A stretch of 64,000 nt of DNA from Chrysomallon squamiferum (taxonomy: Eukaryota; Animalia; Mollusca): assembly GCA_012295275.1 (NCBI GenBank), contig CM022676.1:7626001-7690000 (forward strand), given 5' to 3'. Positions 1-13,064 of this stretch are shown here, piece after piece. Under the pieces are notes generated by a model that saw only the letters and a program-made list of their open reading frames with translations, was not told the origin of the DNA and did no database searches. A program made the position numbers and the translations under genes. How positions within the stretch are numbered: position 1 is the first letter of the stretch; the number at the start of each line of letters is the position of its first letter.

Positions 1-24
1 CTGCCGTTGTCTGATTTCGAATAC

Positions 25-36
25 GGGGAAATCCCC
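25..36. promoter_or_regulatory. NF-kappaB/Rel-like site GGGGAAATCCCC upstream of gene 1
   Basis: Matches the GGGRNWYYCC consensus, near-palindromic, about 320 bp upstream of the ATG at 357. Function not shown. Confidence 0.35.
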
Positions 37-356
37 TCATATCAGTTTCGTGATAAAGGTTAACTGTGTCACTAGTAGGTAAGGTTTGAAACGTTCAGTT
101 AGTTCAAATGACTTGATGTTAAATCTAGAGTCTTAATTATTTACTTTATGACATCGCGTTCATGTATTATAAAGACGTAGCGAATACATTTATTTAGACA
201 TCACTAAGCTTCACTATTTTCAACTAAAGGGAACCACCGTGACGAAGGTTAACTGTGTCACTAAGCAGTCTAACAAATGTAAATATGTTTTTGGAAAATA
301 ATTCAGAGAATAATTCTTAATACGTACATTTATAATTAGAAGGTAACGAGTCTAAA

Positions 357-656
357 ATGAGCTCCGCAAAAGACACAGCGACCACAACGCCAGCAGCCGA
401 AACCGACGGTGTTCAGGAAACGGAAACCACCGAGATGAACGAGATGAACGAAGAATTACAGTTCAAGGAAGAAAACTCCTACATAACGATAAAGAACACT
501 GTATTTTACATGCTGTGAGTAACACAATTGTTGCGCAAAAGTTTTAATACCTGAACACACGGACACACATACACACACAAACATAAATTATATCTATATA
601 TATACACAATTCAACCATCTTTGTATGTATGTATGAATATATATACCTATAAACAC

Positions 657-733
<77 letters not shown>

Positions 734-2590
734 TATTCTTCTTGTGAAATTCAATATAATTCTCCACTACACTTTAAATTCCACTCGTGATATTTTTTCA
801 CTTGTTTATTTTCAGGATCGTTCTTTCAGCGATACTTGCATGTTTCGTTGTGTTGCTAAATTACCTCACAGTGCGACGGATGGAAGGAATTACAGACGCA
901 GTGACAGATTTATGTGGTGAAGGAGATGGAGAACACATTCGAGACTGTTTAATAAACTTGTTGTCGAAAGAAGGTAGCTACTTTATTCATTTATTTATTT
1001 ATTTATTTATCTAATTCATTTTACTTATTTATTTATTTAAATGTGTTTATATATTAAAACTTTATTTTTAATTTTTTGTTTCTTATATATGTCTGTATGG
1101 TAGGTTTTGTCTGTGTGTTTGTGCTTTTTGTGTGTGGATATGTATGTGGACAGATAGAGAAACAGATGTGTAGATATACCCATATTTATTTATTTTATTA
1201 TTAATATTATTATATAACTATTATTACTGTTAGTATAAAACAGTTGCTAATATCATACTAATGATTAGTATTATCATACTTAACATTAATATTATTATAA
1301 CTGATAATATTACTATTTTAATTATTATTTGTTCTTTTTTTTTAATGCAAAAGGTATAATGCAAGAACATGAAAGAAAACTGAAAAACACTGAAAGTAAA
1401 ATGCAAGATTTTCAAAACAAAATGAAAGAAATTAAAAGTAAAATGGAAAACACTGAAAATATATTGCAAAATTTTGAAACTAAAAGAACAGAAATTGAAA
1501 GAACAATGGAATGCACTAAAAATAAAATGCAAAATTTTGAAGCTAGAATTCAAGACACTGAAAATAAAATGCATGAGTTTGAAACTAAAACAACAGAAAT
1601 TGAAAGAACAATGGAAAACACTAAAAATAAAATGCAAAATTTTGAAGCTAGAATTCAAGACACTGAAAATAAAATGCATGAGTTTGAAATCAAAAGGAAT
1701 GAAAACGAAGAACAAATTTTGAAAACTGAAAGTGAAATGAAAAAATTTGAAACTAAACTGAAACAGACCGATTTCAAACTGGAAGCCCTTGAAACTACAA
1801 CACACAAATTACATGCCTCTGTTACAGACCTAGTGAATAGCATGAACAGCATAATGGATAAGATTCAGTTTATTGAGACTAATATGACAAATTGGATTTA
1901 CAAAGTTTGAACAGAACACGTCTTCCTGGGTCGGAAGTCTCGAGTTGAGAGCTCGTAGATTTGAGGACATCACTCAGCTGAACAAATATAAAATCAATGC
2001 AAACTATGACTATCTCAAGTACCAAACTACTTACACATGTGAGTTGCTTAGCATTTTAAATTTTAATCAGAGAGAGAGTGAGAAAGATCCAATTTTGTTA
2101 TATTTCATTTAGGTACATTTTTAGTTAATATCCTTTATTTCTCAACTTACCTTCATACACAGACACACACACATGCATACACAGACACTCACACACAAAC
2201 TCACATGCTCACACTTACATTCACACACAAATACAATCACATTCATGCACATATGCGTGCATGTGCACATTCACACTTACACAGAAACATGTCACACTTA
2301 CAAACACACAGATACTCACACTTATACACAGACACACGTCCCTACTTAAATTAACATTTTATTTATGTTTTGTTGGTAATTAATGAATGTATTTTAGTTT
2401 GGAGTTTCATTATGATTCTCATTGCCCTGTTTGCTGTAACCTGGAAACTGCTGATGTCATGGAAAAGATCACCTAGTAACAGTGTTCACCAAGGAAACAC
2501 AGCTGATGTAATGAATAATCTGTTACCTAGAGCTTTCCATGCAAATGAAATACGGGTAATTTTCTTTATAACACACACGCACACACAGCC

Positions 2591-2628
<38 letters not shown>

Positions 2629-3776
2629 TATACAGATATACATAGATAAACATAGACTCGTATACATACACTTGTAAATATACATACATATCCATTCTTA
2701 CACACATACATGTATAATATACACACACACATAAACACATCCATATACATATACAAACACAAACACACACACACACACACACACACATACCTACTAAGAT
2801 ACATGTACATACATATATGAATGAGTGAATCCATACATCTGTTTATATAATCAGAAATTTATATTAAATTTAACACAACAGGGTGATGAAAACACTCTTA
2901 GCAAGGTTCACAGAGAGAAGCTTAATGGAGAAGTCTGCACAATCACTTTCCACAGTGAAATGTCTGAACAACACGTCAAGCAGACATCAGAGGTTCTTGT
3001 CAGTGATCCAGCAATAAAAACTGTTGATATGTTGTTGAACCGGTTTGAGGATATTCTGCGAGTACCTCGCTCTAAGGTCTACATAGTCTATGTAGATTAC
3101 AACGAGAGGAATGTGATTCTTGAAGACCCAGCAAAGGGACCTGGGAACATGAGATTGACAACAGTTCAGGCGTTACGTAAAATGGGTGGTGAGTTTGATT
3201 CCAGTAACATGTAAAGATTGTTTGACAGGACCTCAGAGTACTGTGATTTGAAATAAAATAGTAATGTCAATAATAATAACAATAGCAATAGTAACAGTAA
3301 TAACAGTATAATGATAATAATAGTAGTAGTAGTAATAGTAATAATAATAATAGTAGTAGTAGTTGTAGTAATAATAATAATAATGATAATAATAATTGTA
3401 ATAATGATAATAATAATAATAATTGTAATAATAATAATAATAATAATAGAAATAATAATAATTAGATGAATATGAATCTGTGTGTATGCTCTGCGTGAAA
3501 GAAATAGCATGGAGTACATATAATGTATTTTGTGGGTATCATCAGATCTAATGTAGATATATGTATGTTTTAGGTGACATCATCCTTGTGTATGCACGAG
3601 ATAAGGGCTCAAGGAATCTTCCACCAGATAAACTGTTTAATGAAAAACTGACTTCTATCAAGGAGCACCCAGAGTTATTGGACTTGAGCTCTAGAGGGCG
3701 AATGTTCACTATTTTCAAAGACTTTTCCAATCCACAGAAAGAGAAAATGAGAGACATTATCCTTAAGAATAGTTAA
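357..3776 (+). CDS. Gene 1: two-TM coiled-coil membrane protein with C-terminal alpha/beta (TIR/SEFIR-like?) domain, ~555 aa, one frameshift at ~1897-1899
   Basis: GT-AG exons 357-514, 816-973, 1354-2038, 2398-2555, 2882-3188, 3574-3776; all phases match if one T of the TTT at 1897-1899 is removed. TM1 VFYMLIVLSAILACFVVLLNYL, heptad-rich exon 3 with a 105-nt duplication (1488/1593), TM2 FWSFIMILIALFAVTW, then a domain with strands VCTITFHS, VYIVYVD, IILVYA. Confidence 0.8.
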
Positions 3777-4595
3777 AAACTTGATAGAGCAAATTATAAA
3801 AGTAATTCTCTATATATTCTTAATTATTATTTTAACAAGTTTGATTTTGATTTTATCTTTAATTTCTCTGCCTGATTGTACAAACTCACTGACAATTATA
3901 GTATAACATTATAGATAGTAATATTGTGGTTATAGTGCATAGAATTGGCTTAAGCATCTTTCTCCTTTGCCAGATATTCTCGCTTTTCTCTTGAACTATC
4001 TTTCACACAGCCCTGACCAATTCTGATGGACCATTTCTGTCCTGGGTTCTTTAAGATAGCAGCAGTAACTGTGTTTACCATATATTAATGTCACAAGTGT
4101 CTTAGAGGAATTTTCCCAAGTACTTTATATATATAAAATGACATCTTTGAACATCCTATCCTGTGTTGTTGTAGTTGTTTTTTTGACAAATGACCTTGTC
4201 TTTTGGACATAATTTTTGTGTGGATTTCTCACATGACATTTATATCAAATCAGTAATGTGTAAAATTGTGAAATTGATGGCTTTGATGAAATTATAGGGT
4301 TATTTTTTTTTAACTGTGTATATTTTTGTATATTTATTGTTTTTTTTTTGTGTTTTTTTAATATTTGTTTTATATATTGTCTATTTTTAGACATGCATAA
4401 GTAATTATATATCTGCAGACAATTATAGTGCTCTCACTTTTTTCTGTCTCTAACTTTCTGAGTGAATAAATTGATGGATATTTTCTTTTTATTATTATTT
4501 TAATTTTTCTGATATTTTAAATATTTGAAATGAGAAAACAGTATTATATTGTTCTAAGAGTACAAACACTACTAATACTATTAAGGTAGTGACAT

Positions 4596-4652
<57 letters not shown>

Positions 4653-5054
4653 CTCCCTCTCTCCCTCCCTCTCCCTCTCTAACATAGATGCAGCGGCAGT
4701 TTTCAGTATGACGGAACAAACAGTCTACAAAAATAACAGTAATTTTGAATACACTTTCTATTAATTATATAAAATAGCATTAAACAAGTTAAATAAACAT
4801 TTATTAATTTAAACAAAATTAATAAGAACTTTTAACAGTATCAAATTCCTTCAATGTCAAATTTCAGTAGAAAGTTAAGTTTATCAGAACAAACATTAAT
4901 TTTTTAATTTCTGAAAAGATAACCTGAGAAAAAAACATTAATTCATACATCAGAAGAAACAAAAATTCAATATTAACAACAGTAATGAGTAACAACTGGA
5001 AATGAATGCCTTATAGCTTTATACATTAAAGTATTTATTTAAAAAGGAAATATT

Positions 5055-5107
<53 letters not shown>

Positions 5108-5672
5108 GAGAGAGAGAGAGATTCATTCCTTACACAATAAATTATTTATTTAAAAATTGGTAACCTCATTAAAATAATTACATCAACACTAGTAACAACA
5201 GAAATTGTTATTAATATTAAGAATGTATAATTGTTATACCCTATTAGGTTTCATCTAGACTTCCTCCTGAAATTCTCCATCAGTTACAGTCAGAGAATAA
5301 TCTACTTGCAGCCAATGCATTAGCAACTTCCAGAGTGAAATAGACATGATAATTTTCAAGAATTATTCCTATTTTCTGTAGCATACACACATACACATCC
5401 AAGTACATAGAGTGTACATACATGAACGTTTGATTAACTCTATTTCAACTAAATTTTAAACCAATCTGAAAAATATTTGGGTTTTGCTACAACACAGCAA
5501 AACTGGACCATCAGATAATACTAATCTTAATAATCCCCAAGAACAGACCAACCTCAAATGTGACATAAAATGTTTTGTTACAACTTTAATTATTTATAGT
5601 TTGTTATTCTGAATTCTGAAAGAAAAAAAAAAAAAAAAAAAAAAAAAAAGAAATAAAAGAAAAGAAAAATAA

Positions 5673-5703
<31 letters not shown>

Positions 5704-6021
5704 CATGGAGTGTATGTACTTCTTAGCTGTTAAAAAGACCCACAGAACAAGGAGTGTTTATGTATATGTGTATGTACCACACCTATATATCATTGCAAAA
5801 ATATGTCTTAGCTCTACTATAAAACCAGGACAAACAAGTATATGTACTTGTTAGCTGCACTGAAAAAAAGAAAAAAAGAAAATCAGGACACTGATTTTGA
5901 ACAGTTAAGAATCAAATTCTAAAACAATTTCAATACCATAACAATGCTCCATTAGCTCACTGATTTCCTGGTTGTAATCTTTAATCTTCAGTTCCAGTGG
6001 TCAGTAACATTTGAAAGGGTC

Positions 6022-6150
6022 GATGTTAATTCTGATGATGTTAATTCTGATGATGTTAATTCTGATGATGTTAATTCTGATGATGTTAATTCTGATGATG
6101 TTAATTCTGATGATGTTAATTCAAATAAAGTTAATTCAGATGATGCTAAT
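6022..6150. repeat. 15-bp minisatellite (GTTAATTCTGATGAT)n
   Basis: About 6 perfect plus 2 degenerate tandem units; explains the MLILM-repeat ORF at 6011. Confidence 0.9.
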
Positions 6151-6324
6151 CTCTGCCAAACAAGTCGTGCATTTCGTAATCATCTGTGAAAAAATATTTA
6201 TAATTCCAAACAGTGCAGATAAAGAAGTTTCAAAACACTTGCTGAATAAACTCAAATAATGTGGTTTCCAATACCTACAATTTATACATTTCCATCTTAT
6301 TGACAGTGACAGACACACACACAT

Positions 6325-6365
<41 letters not shown>

Positions 6366-6705
6366 AGAGAGAGAACCAACTTCCAACAATGTATGTCTGA
6401 ATGATAAAAGTATATTAGCTGAGCCACACACACACACACACATTTTTTTTTTTTTTTTTTTAAATAAAAAAAATAAATACTGCTAAAAAACAATTATATC
6501 TAATAAACACTAACATTTTATATCTTTGTATAACTTCCCTTCCTCAGTGAAGCCTTTTATTCAGGAATTTTTACAGAACAATACAAAAGACAATAATTAA
6601 TTTACAATCAAGGCACAGTATACACACTATTTTGAGAATTCATTTCCAAATTTCTTTTTCTCTTGTTTGTAACTAATTTCTGTTATGCTTATTTTATTTA
6701 TTTAC

Positions 6706-6737
<32 letters not shown>

Positions 6738-6938
6738 GATTATTATGATTATTTATTATTATTATTATTATTATTTTTTAATGTTGACTTCTGAAATTTC
6801 TTATTTATTAATCTTGTTTTTGTTTTTTAAGACTCAATAATAATTTTCTTTAATACTTGTATTGACTCGTTTATGAATGTCACAACACTCTTATTTCAGT
6901 AACTGAGACTTTTTACTAATTCATTTAAGTTTGTCATC

Positions 6939-7288
6939 TCACACTAAGTCATTCTCTGAACTTTTTGGTCCTGTAAAAATGGGGTTGATAATTCAGCTTG
7001 AACAGTTACAAGATTTTTGACATTATGAATGTTTGCAGTTAATTTTTATCGAATCAGAATATGTTCATTGAAATAACTCCAAATTCTCTTTAAAAAAATC
7101 ATAATTTCCAGTACTTCAGTTCTGTTGTTTTATTTTATTATTTTTGTTATTTACTTACTTATTTACATACTTATTTATTTTTTTAATTTCTATTTCCTTA
7201 TTTTATTTACATTTTATCTTTTGTAAAAACAAATTTAAGGCAAATGCATCATTTTTTATAGAATAATTTCCTACCTTGTTTATAATTT

Positions 7289-7323
<35 letters not shown>

Positions 7324-7425
7324 CTGATAGTGTGTGTGTGTGTGTATGTTTGTACCATGCATAGTAAATATTATTTTCTAATTAATTTTTAGAATCCATA
7401 TTAACAGTATTAATATAATTATAAT

Positions 7426-7490
<65 letters not shown>

Positions 7491-8569
7491 TAACAATATC
7501 AATAACAACAAAATGTCAACAAAATTCAAAAATACACGTGCATAATATACATTTCTATCTATCTATCTATATATACACATGTGTAGGTATGTCTGTCTAG
7601 GGATGTGGATGTGTGCATGTGCATGTGTGTGTGTGCGTGAGTGTGTGTGTATATAAATAAAATAAAACTAGTCACCAAAGTACTCTATATTGAGTTTCAA
7701 ACTGTTGCTGGCTCTCTGTGCTTTGTCCAGGACACACCACCATTTTGTCGCATCTCTCAACTGCACTCTCTCAATTGTCATCTTGTACACCTTTGTATTT
7801 GTGCTCCTGTAGAAATTGTCCTGGCCACATGAAAATTTGTAGCCAAATGGAGGAGGACTTAGGAGAAAGCATCGAAACAGATCTTGATAAATGACAGCAA
7901 ACTTGAGATTTGTTTTGTGGTGAAAAACAATTTTGTCTTCAAGTTCGACTGCCTCGTTCACTGTGCATGTTAGAGTGAATGAATGGTTTAGTTTAGCCAG
8001 GTTTGAAGACCCAGATAACTCTAGAGTTTGACCTGAGAAGAATAAGATGTTTCTTTTTTGTTACCCAGGAGAAGCTTGTCTGAAGCCTATAATTATATAT
8101 TTTTAAAAAGTAATAATAATAAATTAATTTTTTATTTTTTTTTAAATTAACAGATAAAAAAAGAAAATGTTGGTAACATTTTCTATATGATGTGACATTA
8201 ACATTTTTTTATATCTGTGTAAATAAATATTTTGTTATAACAACAGCAGCATTAATAATTTTGAATCAACAACAATAATAAAACAAAATAATAATTACAA
8301 TAACAACAAAAACAGCATACAAAAAATATATAATATTAATACAATAATCATATTAACAACTACATCATAATTATAATAACAAAAATTAAATAATAATAAT
8401 AATAACATTCAGAACGATAAATTTAATGGTACAATAATAAAAGTAATAACGATAACAACAGTTATATGAGAAAAATAGGCTAAGAATTTGAAATCAGGAC
8501 TATTTATTCATAAACTATCTATTATCAATCTTGTCGCAAATGCATGAACAGATGTATATTATCCACGAC

Positions 8570-8600
<31 letters not shown>

Positions 8601-9468
8601 GTGAAGAAAACATATTTCATTTATAATGTTCTTTACTGTTCATGCTGGGGGATATTAATTCTTATTTTTTTTATTTTTTCCAACAGATATAACCAAAATT
8701 AAAATAAAACTAAAATACCTTGGATTAAACTGACAGCACTCAGTAAGAAAATCAGTATCAATTTAGTAAGCTGCATCCCAGGCATGGTTACTGCAAAATT
8801 AAAATTAAGTAGTAGTAGTAATAATAATAATAATAATAACATCTAAAATTATTTATTTTTAAAACTGTCTAAAGTATTAACTCGTTTTGTTTAAATATAT
8901 AGCTATACACTGATTATTAATATTATTAGTATTGGAGAAGGGGAAAAAAAACCCCACAAAAAACACAAAACATCACAAATAAATAAATAAATAAATAAAT
9001 AAATAAAAAGTACAGACCGTCTGCAACCTGTCACACACACACACACACAAAAAAAAAAATATATAAATAATATATATATATAAGTCGCCATTTTTAGCAA
9101 CTTTCAACCATATTCATATTAATTAATAAATTTAGGTATTATGCGCCAAACAATGTCAAATCCTACAGACTATTATTACTGTTGTTGTTGTTGTATATAA
9201 TGTTAATTTATGTTGTTAACTCAAGTCCCGAAAACGTGTAAATCAGCAGGTCCTCTTTGCTTGACGTCATTAACATTTTAGAGTTCACGAGCATCGAAAC
9301 AAATTGTAAAATGTCTGTAATAAAATTGACTAATTTGAAATAATTTGACAAGTTTTTCTACTGTTAATGATAAAATATTATGAAATAATTGCTTTGAATT
9401 ATCGCATCTGTAACAATAAGTTAAGATAAAGTAGAATAATCAACTACAAAAAGTAACTTACCCGCCAT
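6939..9468 (-). CDS. Gene 2: secreted single V-like Ig-domain protein, ~155 aa
   Basis: Minus-strand exons 9468-9462 (ATGGCGG|GTAAGT), 8790-8719 (signal peptide MQLTKLILIFLLSAVSLIQG), 8032-7676 (Ig: FTLTC...CFLLSPPPFGYKFSC...MTIERVQLRDATKWWC), 6970-6939 (GPKSSENDLV*). All junctions phase 1. The first micro-exon and the last exon are less certain. Confidence 0.75.
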
Positions 9469-9550
9469 TTATAATTCGCTGTAAATTGTTACTCCTCCTT
9501 TAATATAGGGCACCTTATAACTTATTTCCCAAAGCCTACTTTCAGACAAA

Positions 9551-9601
<51 letters not shown>

Positions 9602-9801
9602 TAATATTTATTTATTTTCTCTGATTATTCTCAGCTTATTAAATAATTTGTTTGGATTTTTTTTTTTTTTTTTTTTTAAGTAATTGAGTAGTTACAAAAA
9701 ATTAATTTAATTCGCACAGATCAATGGTAATCCAAAATAATGTTTTCGTTATTTATTTATTTATAATCATTATTAGTTTAATCTTATCCATTATCATTAT
9801 C

Positions 9802-9855
<54 letters not shown>

Positions 9856-10094
9856 TAAAATTCAAATCACGACTGACGGTCAGAAACATATTTTTTGCAG
9901 TCTTAGAAAAATACAAGGTTAAAAAATAAATAAATAACAAAATATGGCCTAACAAAAGAAAAAAGAAAATGCTGATTTTGTGATGTACGTCACTTACGCA
10001 ATGATAAGGGCTAAAAAACGTAATCGTTAACGCAACAGACCAGATAAGCAGATGTCGTTATTACCTAATACAGTCACTCCTACCGTAAATTTCC

Positions 10095-10102
10095 TATAAA
10101 AA
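10095..10102 (+). promoter_or_regulatory. TATA box of gene 3
   Basis: CCTATAAAAAG about 60 bp upstream of the ATG at 10159. Confidence 0.6.
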
Positions 10103-10158
10103 GACGTTTACTCTCCGTACGAACACCATAATTTGGTTGTTCTCTTGAAACGATCACG

Positions 10159-10267
10159 ATGAAATTTTGGTTACTTTTTGCCGCTACAATTTGCTGTGGT
10201 ATATATTCATTTTATTTTATTTTATTTTATTTTCAGTTTTAATATTTATCTGTTATTAAGTCTTATA

Positions 10268-10318
<51 letters not shown>

Positions 10319-10324
10319 TTTTAC

Positions 10325-10374
<50 letters not shown>

Positions 10375-12830
10375 ATTTGTTTTATTACATTAATTTCATT
10401 TTTTTTCATTTATCTTGATATTTTGCGAAGACTAACGATATTTGCCGAACAATTTTCATTAACTAAATTAATCATTCGAGTGCTATTGTGTTAATAATAT
10501 GTATTTTTGTTTTTATAGCTGCTGCAACTTGTTTTGATGACCCTGACTCGTGTCCACCTGATAGGCCGTGTTGTGATGGGTACCACTGTCATCATGCTGA
10601 CCACTTAGGAAACTGTCATCATGGTAAATCAATTAGTTAAGGAACAATTGTTTACATTATATACAAAACAAAAACACTTAACTTCAGATACATTGTTCTC
10701 TTTACTTAACGATTGAGTACTTCAGATATATTTAACTGAGTTGGTCATATGGGTCTAGATATGGTATGGAGATTGGGAACTGGTACTTTATTCTCGAAGT
10801 TTTCAGAAATTGGTTGGCTTTTATGTCCCGGGGGGGTGGGGCATTAAAATTTTTGAGGAGAAAGGTTGTAGTATAGACGTTATAAAAACTGGGAACTGCA
10901 ACTTTATACTTGTTGCAAATGCCATTTTTTAAATTTTATTTTATTTCATTTTGTCTTTCTTCTCAGTTCCCGTGAAGAGAGAGACACCTGCTTGTTTTGA
11001 TGACCCTGACTCGTGTCCAGCTGATAGGCCATGTTGTGATGGGTACCACTGTCATCATGCTGACCACTTAGGAAACTGTCATCATGGTAACTAATTAGTT
11101 TTCCTTACGTTAAGGAATAATTGTTTACATTGTATGCAAAAGAAACACATGTAACTTCAGATACACCAATTCCTATACCGAACGGTCGAGTACTTCACAT
11201 TTCATGAGTATATCTGTTTATAACAATATTTCAAAATATATGGTGAACGCAATGATATTAATGAACATGGCTTTGTGGTATAGTACATCATTCTCGATGT
11301 TTTCAGAAATTGATTGGCTTTTATGTCCACGGGAGGGGGCCATGAAACCCTTTGGGGAGAAAAGCTGGAACATGGATCCTAAAAGGACTGGCAACTACAA
11401 CTTTATAATTTTTGCAGGGTCCATTTATTTATTTATTTTTCTTCTCAGTTCACATGAAGAGAGAGACACCCACTTGTTTTGATGACCCTAACTCGTGTCC
11501 AGCTGATAGGCCATGTTGTGATGGGTACCACTGTCATCATGCTGACCACTTAGGAAACTGTCATCATGGTAAGTTCTTAGTTTTCGTTAACTTAAAAAAT
11601 AATAGATTACATGATATTCAGTAGAAAAACGGCTAATTAGATACATTGTTTTCAATTTGAACGATGGAGCACTTCAGATTTCATAAGATTTCCTGTTTAT
11701 AGCAGTATCTAAAATCTATGATGGACGCCATACATCAAGTGGAATTTTAATATGATGTAATAAGAACAAATCTTTCTACATCAAGTGCTAAAGATGGCTT
11801 AAAAATCCTGGTGTATCATATGAGTTATTTATTTAATTAAGTGTGACTTATTTTGTCATAGAGTTATGTTAATGAACATGCTCAGAACATATTCTTGACA
11901 CATAAAATCTTTGAGGAGATGAGATAGGGTACGGAGGTTGGGAACTATTGCTTTATTCTCGACGTTTTCAGAAATTGGTTGACTTTTATGTCAGGAAAGG
12001 TGGGGTTTGGTATGAACATCTTTGAGGAGAAAGGCTGGAGTATGGACACTATAAAGACTGAGAACGACAACTTTATAGTTTTTGCAGATGACATTTTGTT
12101 TCTTCACAGTTCACTCGAAGAAAGAGACACCCACTTGTTATGATGACCCTGACTCGTGTCCAGCTGATAGGCCATGTTGTGATGGGTACCACTGTCATCA
12201 TGCTGACCACTTAGGAAATTGTCATCATGGTAAGTAATTAGTTTTCCATAGGTGAAAAACAGTTTCAGATACATTAATATCTATCCTGAATAGCTGGGTA
12301 CTTCAGGTACAGTAATATGTATACTGAACGATCGAATACTTCAGATACATTAATCGCTATATTGAACGATTGGTTACTTCAGGTATAGTAATACCTATAC
12401 TGAACGATCGAGCATTTCAGATTTCACGAGTACTTGTGTTTGTAGCTGTAGTTCACAATGCATGATTAACGCAACAAATCAAGTGAATTTTTAATGTGAT
12501 GTAATAACAATAAATCTTTCTTCACCAAGCAACGTAGGTAGCCAAGACATATTGGCATATCAGATAAGTTATTTATTTAATTAAGTGTGACCGTTTTTCT
12601 TCTCACACAATTGTGTTAATAACACGGCCTTATAGGTCTAGAACATGTAACCGACGTTTTCAGAAATTGGTAGGCTTGTGGGGGGGCATTACAATATTTG
12701 AGGAGAAAAGCTGGAGATGGACTCCATAAAGACTGGGAACCCTACTTTATAAGTTTTGCAGGTGCCATTTTTTTTTTTTTTTTTTTTTTTTTTCTGTTTG
12801 TGATTCTGTTTTAATTAATTAATTAATTTA

Positions 12831-12892
<62 letters not shown>

Positions 12893-12909
12893 TTTTCTTC
12901 TCAGTTTAA
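10159..12909 (+). CDS. Gene 3: secreted multi-copy precursor of His/Asp-rich inhibitor-cystine-knot-pattern peptides, 169 aa
   Basis: Exons 10159-10198 (MKFWLLFAATICC), 10519-10623, 10967-11086, 11449-11568, 12110-12229, 12905-12909 (V*), all phase 1. Each module is C(F/Y)DDP(D/N)SCP(P/A)DRPCCDGYHCHHADHLGNCHH (C-x6-C-x5-CC-x4-C-x8-C); linkers VPVKRETPA, VHMKRETPT, VHSKKETPT. Confidence 0.9.
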
Positions 12910-13010
12910 ACTTGTTTTGATGACCCTGACTCGTGTCCAGCTGATAGGCCATGTTGTGATGGGTATCACCTGACCACTTGCCATCATTTTGTTTATTTCT
13001 TAAATCATTT

Positions 13011-13016
13011 AATAAA
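13011..13016 (+). terminator. Candidate polyadenylation signal of gene 3
   Basis: AATAAA about 100 nt after the stop at 12909; weak evidence in AT-rich DNA. Confidence 0.4.
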
Positions 13017-13064
13017 TTTTAAATTAAATAGATAAACAAGTAAATTTATATTATATTATTATTA

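Noticed and set aside
1230-1852. Antisense and alternate-frame ORFs over the coiled-coil exon
   Set aside because: Shadows of the repetitive A-rich coding strand of gene 1.
5940-6275. Possible extra minus-strand exon of gene 2 encoding SSELT repeats (mucin-like stalk)
   Set aside because: The available acceptor gives DDYEMHDLFGRD* in the phase-1 frame, and the SSELT frame has an upstream TGA; treated as a non-coding minisatellite.
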